Below the pieces are notes generated by a model. The model did not search any database, was not told where the DNA came from, and saw only the letters and a program-made list of their open reading frames with translations. Shown here piece after piece: positions 27,319 through 35,383 of a DNA stretch of 35,383 nt (position 1 is its first letter; every line of letters begins with the position of its first letter). This DNA comes from Patellaria atrata CBS 101060 (lineage: Eukaryota), in NCBI GenBank assembly GCA_010093705.1, contig MU006116.1:1-35383 (forward strand), read 5' to 3'. Both the position numbers and the translations under genes were made by a program.

Positions 27319-30300
27319 ACTTTAGTTAAGATATTTTTAGTATAAAAGAGTAAAATCGCTCTTTTTCCTAATTAATCTATTATTATAAATATTATTTCGA
27401 ATCTATATATATTTTTAAGAAATAATTTAAAGTTAAAGATAATATATTATTAATATCTATCTTTAATTAGTAGTAATTTTAGTAAACTGGGAATTTTATC
27501 TTTTAATATATATATTTAATAATAGATATAATAGTTCTAAATATATTTATCTATATTAGCTATTAATTTAAGCTAATAATATTATATTTAAATTAATTCT
27601 TTTATTTTTTTAATTTTTAGATATTCTATAATTAATATATTATATATATCTTATATTAAATATATTTTAAGATTATTTATATCTAAAATTATAAATCTAT
27701 TAAATTTAATAAGTAAATTATTTTATAATTTTTAATATCTTTTTTTAACTTTAATTTACTTTTAATATATCGATAAAAAGTTATACTTCTAGTTTACTTT
27801 TAATATTTAATTTATTAATAAGTGTATTATTAATAGCTCTTATTTCTAATTAAGTTTATTTTAAATATATTATTTTAAATTTATAAATATATTTTCTCTT
27901 TTTTTTATTTTATATTTAACTTTCTTTTCTTTTTTAGTTATAATAGAAATTATAGAGTAAATAGATATAAACCTTAATTTAAAGTTAAGATTAATATATT
28001 TCTTTAATATATTATTTCTTCTTTTTAAGGTTTTAATTATTATAAATCTTTAATTTTAAGTTTTAACTTCTTTTATTTTTTATAAAGATTTAATTATTAT
28101 TATCTTAACTATTATTATTTAAGTTCTAAACTTTAACTTTAAAATATATTTTTCTACTACTCTTTTTTTAAAGATTATATATTTTTTATTACTTTAAAAT
28201 ATCTTTTTAGATAGTAATTATTATTTTATTAAAAGTTAAAAAAATATTATTATTATATTTAAATTAATTAATATTTAAATCTATATTATAATATTTTTAT
28301 CTTTTATTATTTTTAAGTCTTTTTATTTATAGAAGAGTATATCTATTATAATATTTTAGGCTTTAAACTAATACGTAATTTAGAAGTAAAAATTAAAGAA
28401 AGCTTTATTCTATTAAACTTATTTAATATTAAATAATTATTTTATAATAAAATATTCTAGTACTTTATAATTAATAATTATAATAAAAGGAACTTATTAT
28501 AACTTTATTAATATACTTCTTTATTTAATTAATACTTTTATTATAATTAATATTTCTTTATTATAAATTTTATATCTTAGTTCTATCTTTAATAATATCT
28601 TAGTTTAGAAGGTAATTAGTCTTTAAATATATCTATAAAGCTATAATATAACTATTATAATAATCTTATTATTATAATTAAACTCGATTTTCGTCTTAAG
28701 TAAAAAGTCGTAATATATTAATATTTAATCTAATAAAATTAACTTTTTTATTTTTTTTTAAATATCTTTTCTTCTTTCTATTTAAATAATTTCTAAACTC
28801 TTTTTTATATTTATATTATTAATAGTTATATAACTCGTCTAAATTTCTTTAAGAACTTTTAGTAGAAGTTATAAAATCTATTAAATAATAAAATCTTTTT
28901 TATATTTATTAATAATTTCTAGTTTTAAATTACTTTAATCTTTTCTAAATTTATCGTTATTCTATTAATATTAATAATAAAGTTAAAAAACTTTATTTTT
29001 ATTATATAAAACTTATTTTTTTTAATATTAATTTATAAGTTAGTTTTAATTAATACTTTTAATACTTTTATAATATAGATTTAATACTTTAATAGGTATT
29101 TAAAGTAAATTAATATATTATTAATATATATTATATAGAAATTATTTAAGTATTAAAAGAGTATTTTATTAATAAACTATTAAAATAAAATTAAGCTATT
29201 ATATAATTTAAAAAATAATATCTTATATTTAAATAATCTATATCTTATTTAGAAAATAGTAAGATTTTTAGCTAATTTCTTTATCTAGATTTAATAGAAT
29301 ATTTATTTTATATTAAGTTTTATAAATATTTTTATTTATTAAAGATATATTAATATTTCTTTAATTAAAGATAATAAATATTTATTTTTTTTAATAATAT
29401 TATTTAGCTTTTTATAATTAATATAAAATCTTTAATCTCCCTTTAACTTCTTAATAAATAATATTAAAGACGTATATAATATTTTATTTAAAACGATAAA
29501 TTCTTTTTAAAGATACTTCTTTAAATAGTTCTTTACTAGCTATAAATATTTAATAGATATATTATATAAAAGGTTAATAATAAGATTATTATCTTAATTT
29601 AATATTATATTATAGTCTATATTTTCTTTAAATAGTAATAGCTTATTAGATATAGATTTCGAGAATATATAAATTAAATAATAGTATTTCTTAAATAACT
29701 TTTTATAGATTATCGCTTTATAAATATCTTTATTTTTATTTAAAGGATTTTTATCTTCTAAAAGTTAATTTTATATTAAAAAGTTAATTTTATATAAATT
29801 TATAATATTTATAATAATATCTTTATATTTTATATTTTTTAGATAGTTTTCTCCGTTAATTAAATAGATATTTATATAAATTTTAGTAATATTAACCTAT
29901 TTATTTAACTTTAACTTTTATTTTTTAGAGAATTTTAATATCTCTTTTTTTATTAAATTTAATAGTTTTAATTTTATCTTTTAAAGATTAAAATTAATAT
30001 TTTTAGTCTATAAACTCGATTATTTTTCTTAAAATAATTATAGTTTTCTTTTTTAATTAATTAATACTTTCTATTAATTATATTCTCGTTTATCGATAAC
30101 TTTATCTTATTATTTTATATTAAATTAATATTATAGATTAGTTTAAATTTATAGTTTATTCTTTAAAATTATAATATTTTATTACTAATCTTTAATTATA
30201 GTAGCTTATTTCGACTAAATAATTTAATAATATCTATAATTAAATAAGCTATTAATTTTAAAGAATTACTTTTTATTTATAAATATATTATTATAGTCTA

Positions 30301-32357
30301 TATTTATTATTATAATCGATATTAATTATCTTTATTCTTTAATTATAAGATTTATCTTAAATATTTAGTTAATTAATATTACTTTTAAATTATTAAAGAT
30401 ATTAATTTTAATCTTTTAATCTATTTTTCTAATTTCGATTTTAAAGTATTATTTTAGAGTAAATAGTTATCTTTTATTTAATAAAATATACTCTTAAGTT
30501 TTAATATTAATTAAGGTCTTAAATTATATTATAATTTTATTTTTTAAGATTTAATATAATATTGTAAATAGCTTTTCTAATATTAGATTATTAATTAATA
30601 TTATTAATACTTCTATTATTAACTTTAATATAAAGTTTTTATTTAAAGTTTTTTATTTTCTAAATTTAATTTTAAATCGAATTTTAAACTTTAATATTTA
30701 TCTTTCTAGATTAATTTTACTTTAATTATCTTCTTTAGTTTTCGATATTTTAATACTTTATATTTAATTTTATTATAATTAAAGTAATTATTTATAAACT
30801 TCTAAATAATTATAGTTTACTCTATTATTTATAATATTATAAATAAGATAATTTCTTTATTTTTTAATTAATATAAAATTCTATTTATTATTATTAAGAT
30901 AAAAGTTATTTTAATTAATTTACTATATTTTAAACTTTTTTTATAAGTTTTATTAGCTTTATTTAATCTTTTTAACTTTTATATCTATATTATAACTTTA
31001 TTATAATACTTTTAAAAGTTAATTTTATTATTATCTATAACTTCCGCTATTATTAATCTTAAATTATCGTAAAATCTATTATAAAGTTTCTTTTTCTATT
31101 AATTATATAATAATTTAACTTTATTAACTAACTAGATAAATATAAACTAGAATTTTAAAAAGTCTATTAAATAATTTTATCTTAACTTTTTTAATTTATT
31201 TTTAACTTTTAATTATCTATTTAAATTTTTATAAATTTAGTCTAGAAATTTTATTAATTTTATTAAAATTATATTATTTTTCTTTAATTCTAAAAAAGAG
31301 TATATATATTTAATTATCTCACTATTAATTTATATTTTAATATAAATAATTTTCACTTTTTTATTTTAAAACTAATTATTATTAATATAAAATTTATTAT
31401 TTATCTTATTTTTCTATTTTTTATAAGTTAACTTTTTATTATTAATTAATTTTAATAAATTAAGAAACTTTTTTATCTTATTATTATCTTTATTTTTAAA
31501 GTTTTTAGTTAAATTAATTATTTTAACTTAATTATTATAATTATATAATATTAATAATTCTTTATTATTAAATTTATTATTAAATCAAATATTTCTTTAA
31601 TCTAATTTAAACTATTTAATCTATCTCTTTAAATTATTAATTTTATTTTAAAAATATTTTATAACTTCTTTATTTATTTAATATATTTATAACTTTAACT
31701 ATAAATTAAATATTATTTTATTAATAAGATTTATTATCTTTTTAAATTATACTTTTTAAGTTATAAACTTTACTTTTATATAAAGATATTTTATTATAAA
31801 TTAATTTAAATTTTTAATTATCTATTTCTTTATTTTATTAATTATATTAATATTTTAATTATTTATAATAATAATATATTTAAAAGACTTTTCTTCTTTT
31901 ATTATTCTAGAAATTCCTTTTAATAGATTTTATAAATCCGCTTTTAAAATATTATTAATAATTTATTAATTAATTATTTTTAGTATTAATTTATATTAAT
32001 ATATTTTTTCTTTTTCTTTTAATTTAGTACTATTCTTTATTTTTAAATTTATAATTAATTTATTATCTATTTATTTTATTAAGATTATTAAAAGTTTAAT
32101 TATTTTATTTAATTTATTATAATATTTATTTCTTTAAATAATTTATATTTATTAGTTTTAATTTCTTTTAAATATTAAATTATTATTATTATTAATATTA
32201 ATACTTTTAAATATTAAATATTTTATTATTAATAAAGTTTAATTATTTATAAATTCTCGATTAATTTAATAATTATTTATCGATTAAACTAATATTATAC
32301 TTTAGTTAAAATATTATATTATCTTTTTAAAGACTATTAAAGATAAGCTTAATTTAA

Positions 32358-32629
32358 TATAATAATATAATATAATTATAATAATTATATTTTAATTATC
32401 TTTATTATTAATTATTAAATATAAAAATTAAATTAAGAAATAATAATATTATAGATTAAATATTTATATATAATAATTCTATTTTATTAAATTTTAATCT
32501 AATTATCTTTTATTTAATTAATTAATATTTAAAGATCTTTTCTATATTTAATTTAATAAAAATCTTTTATAAATAAACTAAATATTTAATATAAAAAATA
32601 TAGAATTAATATTATAATATATTATTATA
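32358..32629 (-). repeat. B2 5' LTR
   Basis: Direct repeat of 19153-19424; internal flank matches B1 20855 onward. Confidence 0.92.
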
Positions 32630-33504
32630 ATTATTATTTCTTTAATTTCTTTTATTTTATCTATTATAATTAATTAAAATTTATTAAATTTCTTTAATCT
32701 TATTTATTTATAATTTTTATTACTTTTTTTTTATATTTAATTATAATATTCTTTTATTTTTTCTTTTTCTATTTATATTTATATAATTTATTATTTATTT
32801 TAACTATTAAAATTATTATATTTTATATAATTATTAATTTTTTATAATAAATTTATTTATTCTTTATTTCTTTCTTTAAATTTTAATAGAAAGTAATTAT
32901 TAATAATTTATTAAATTAATTTAATATTAATATTATCTATTAAAATATAATTATATATTTTAAAGTTAATTTTTTTTATTTAAATTTTTAAAGCTTTCTT
33001 TTAATTATTTATTATTTATCGACTTTTTTAAAAATATTTTTAAATATTTTTTTAAACTTTAAAAATAACTTAAAAATCTTTATTATTTTATTTTTTTAAT
33101 ATTCTTTATTATTCTTAAGATAGTTTTATATAATAAATTCGAATTATTTTAAAATATTTTTTTTAAAATATATTAATATATTAAATATATATTTATTATT
33201 ATTTATTAATTTAATTCTTTTATAATAGATTTTTATTTAAATTAAAAATTCTTTTAATTTATTTTATTTATTATTATATAATATAAATTCTTTAATTTTT
33301 ATAGTTTATTTTTATAATAATAATAATTATATAATATATTATTTAAATTAATTCTTAAATTCTTAAATTATCTTTTTATTTTTAAATTTATTATTATATT
33401 TATATAATATTTAAATATATTTTTTATTTATTTTTATATTAATTATAGTTAATAATATTATATTTAAATTTATTATATATTTTTCTATTATATAATAATT
33501 ATAA

Positions 33505-34027
33505 TATTATAATAGAAGTTTATATTTATTAAAATAAAGTTAAATAAATTTAAAAATATATTTAACTTTTTATTTAATATAATTAATTATAAAGATAAAT
33601 TTAATAAAATAATAAAATATATATAATAAAAGTATTTTAAATTATTAATATAATTTATTAACTCTTTAATTTTAAATAATATTTATAATAAAATAAAATA
33701 TATTATATAAAAATAATATAATAAATAAAAATAAATTTAAAATTATAATATTTAAATTTATAAATAAAATTAATAGTAAAAATAATTATAAAAAATTTAA
33801 ATATATAAAAAAAAGATTATTTTTAAATATTTTTTTTATAATTAATTTAATTATTTATATTCTAATTATTTTAATTATTTAATTATTTTTTATAATTAAA
33901 ATATTTAAATATTTAAATATTTAAATTATATAATTTATTATTATTTATTTTATTTATAATTTTTTTAAATAATATTTCTTTTTTTTTATTTATTATTTAT
34001 ATATTTCTATAACTTATAATTATAATA
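33505..34027 (-). repeat. A3 5' LTR (523 bp, one type II unit)
   Basis: Follows the A gag start on the minus strand; ends TTATAATTATAATA at 34027. Confidence 0.88.
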
Positions 34028-34032
34028 ATAAT

Positions 34033-34517
34033 TTATTAACTTTTTAACTTTAAATAATATTTATAATAAGATAAGATATATTATATAAAAATAATATAAT
34101 AAATAAAATTAAATTTAAAATTATAATATTTAAATTTATAGATAAAATTAATAGTAAAAATAATTATAAAAAATTTAAATATATAAAAAAAAAACTATTT
34201 TTAAATATTTTTATTTTTTATAGTTAATTTAATTATCTATATTTTAATTATTTTAATCGTTAATTATTTTTTATAATTAATATAATTAATAATTATTATT
34301 TAATTATTTTAATTATTAATTATTTTTTATAATTAATATAATTAATAATTATTATCTAATTATTTTAATTATTAATTATTTTCTATAATTAATATAATTA
34401 ATAATTATTATTTAATTATATAATTCTTTATTATTTATTTTATTTATAATTTTTTTAAATAATATTTTTTTTTATTTATTTATTATTTATATATTCTTAT
34501 AATTTATAATTATAATA
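34033..34517 (-). repeat. Distal part of A1 5' LTR with three 56-bp type I units
   Basis: Continues the LTR broken at 9697; unit marker at 34271, 34327 and 34383. Confidence 0.8.
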
Positions 34518-34543
34518 ATAAAATAAAATAAATTTAAAAATAT

Positions 34544-35172
34544 TATTATAGTTATAAGTTATAGAAGTATAAAGACCACGAGTGAGGGAAAGAAGGAACA
34601 CCACTCGGAGGAACTACGGGTGAAACCCGTAGACGACGGGTCACGTGACTTGGACGTTTAGACGTTTGGACGTTTTAATCGTAGGGGAAACGACTAGACG
34701 ACCGAACGACTAGAACGACCGAAACGGGGACACGTGACTTAGACGTTTAGATGTTTAGACGTTTTAGTTATAGGAGAAGCGACTAAACGACTAAACGACT
34801 AGAACGATTAGAGTATAGATAACCAAATTAACTATAAAGGATAGGAATATTTAAGGACAGTCTTTCCCTTATATATTTAGATTCTTCGTAGTTATTCTTA
34901 CTATTAATCTTACCTATAGATTTAAATATTACGGTTTTAAACTTAACTTCACTTATTACGCTATTTCTATATAGTACGTCTTATCTCATTATAAGTATCA
35001 CCTAAAGTTAAGGAGTTAGTAAGTTATATTATTAACTTAAAGTGCTTTTATTATACGTATTCTATCACTTTACCGAATCTATCTTTATAGTTAATCACGT
35101 TAAATAAGAAGCTAGGCGTGTTTCTAGACTTATCTAGTTCCGTCTTAATAAGTATAGACTCCTATTATAATA
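34544..35172 (+). repeat. Family A solo LTR (629 bp), lightly RIP-mutated, two 89-bp type II units
   Basis: Full LTR termini, no internal region on either side, TSD AATAT at 34539-34543/35173-35177, CACGTGACTT at 34642 and 34731. Confidence 0.9.
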
Positions 35173-35383
35173 AATATATTTAACTTTTTATTTAATATAA
35201 TTAATTATTAAAGTAAATTTAATAAAATAATAAAATATATATAATAAAAATACTTTAAATTAATAATATAATTTATTAATTTATTAACTTTAAATAATAT
35301 TTATAATAAAATAAAATATATTATATAAAAATAATATAATAAATAAAAATAAATTTAAAATTATAATATTTAAATTTATAAAT

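Larger units (their letters stand above)
19153..32629 (-). mobile_element. B2: full-length family B chromovirus (3' LTR 19153-19424, 5' LTR 32358-32629), interrupted in integrase by B1
   Basis: 272-bp LTRs. TSD ATTAT at 19148-19152 and 32630-32634, matching the empty site in A1 at about 8708. PPT at 19425-19437. Length after removing B1 and one TSD is 6736 bp, the same as B1. Confidence 0.92.
13375..34027 (-). mobile_element. A3: family A chromovirus (truncated 3' LTR 13375-13743, internal 13744-19152 + 32635-33504, 5' LTR 33505-34027), interrupted in gag by B2
   Basis: Colinear with A1. PPT AAAAAGAGGGAAAATAG on the minus strand at 13744-13760. RT YLDNILVY at about 16709-16732. Gag resumes exactly after the B2 TSD. 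Confidence 0.9.
2892..34517 (-). mobile_element. A1: full-length family A chromovirus (3' LTR 2892-3393, internal 3394-9583, 5' LTR 9584-9697 + 34033-34517)
   Basis: LTRs at both ends, purine tract next to the 3' LTR (about 3394-3410), TSD ATAAA at 2887-2891 and 34518-34522, and gag-PR-RT-RH-IN-chromo order on the minus strand. Confidence 0.85.
508..35383 (-). mobile_element. A0: outermost family A Ty3/gypsy relic (gag pieces 508-539 and 2377-2857; split 5' LTR 2858-2891, 34523-34543, 35178->35383)
   Basis: Gag pieces align to A1 about 9060-9583. The LTR pieces join into one continuous LTR once the insertions bounded by TSDs ATAAA (2887-2891/34518-34522) and AATAT (34539-34543/35173-35177) are removed. 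Confidence 0.8.

Noticed and set aside
34640..34649. Yeast-type point centromere (CDEI match beside AT-rich DNA)
   Set aside because: No CDEIII is recognisable, the motif is part of an LTR repeat, and RIP implies a filamentous fungus with regional centromeres.
34240..34810. CRISPR-like array in the tandem repeats
   Set aside because: The units are head-to-tail with no unique spacers, lie inside LTRs, and no cas genes are present.
1..35383. Naturally AT-rich genome (organelle, Plasmodium-like, endosymbiont) or alternative genetic code
   Set aside because: Sister copies differ mostly by C/T and G/A transitions, and catalytic residues are destroyed in the RIP pattern (D>N, C/H>Y, W/Q>stop). 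No reassigned code restores them.

Overview
The window holds no host gene. It is made entirely of RIP-degenerated transposons of a filamentous ascomycete: extremely AT-rich, CpA/TpG almost absent, TpA abundant, and conserved motifs readable only after reversing C>T/G>A changes. Three families are resolved. Family A is a chromodomain Ty3/gypsy element (LTR about 500-630 bp), present as A0, A1, A2, A3, a solo LTR and a partial LTR. Family B is a second chromodomain Ty3/gypsy element (272-bp LTRs, 6736 bp), present as B1 and B2. The third is one Fot1/pogo-type DNA transposon (540-2374). Target-site duplications (TSDs) and empty-site comparisons give a five-layer nest: A0 > A1 > (A2/A3 inverted composite) > B2 > B1. 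No reading frame is intact. I see no wholly new biological system. The most unusual points are the inverted A2/A3 composite bounded by one 5-bp duplication, repeated insertion of family A into the 3' end of its own LTR, a long His/Cys-motif Gag extension in family A, and swappable tandem modules in the family A LTRs. All alignments and translations were done by eye, so ORF ends are approximate.
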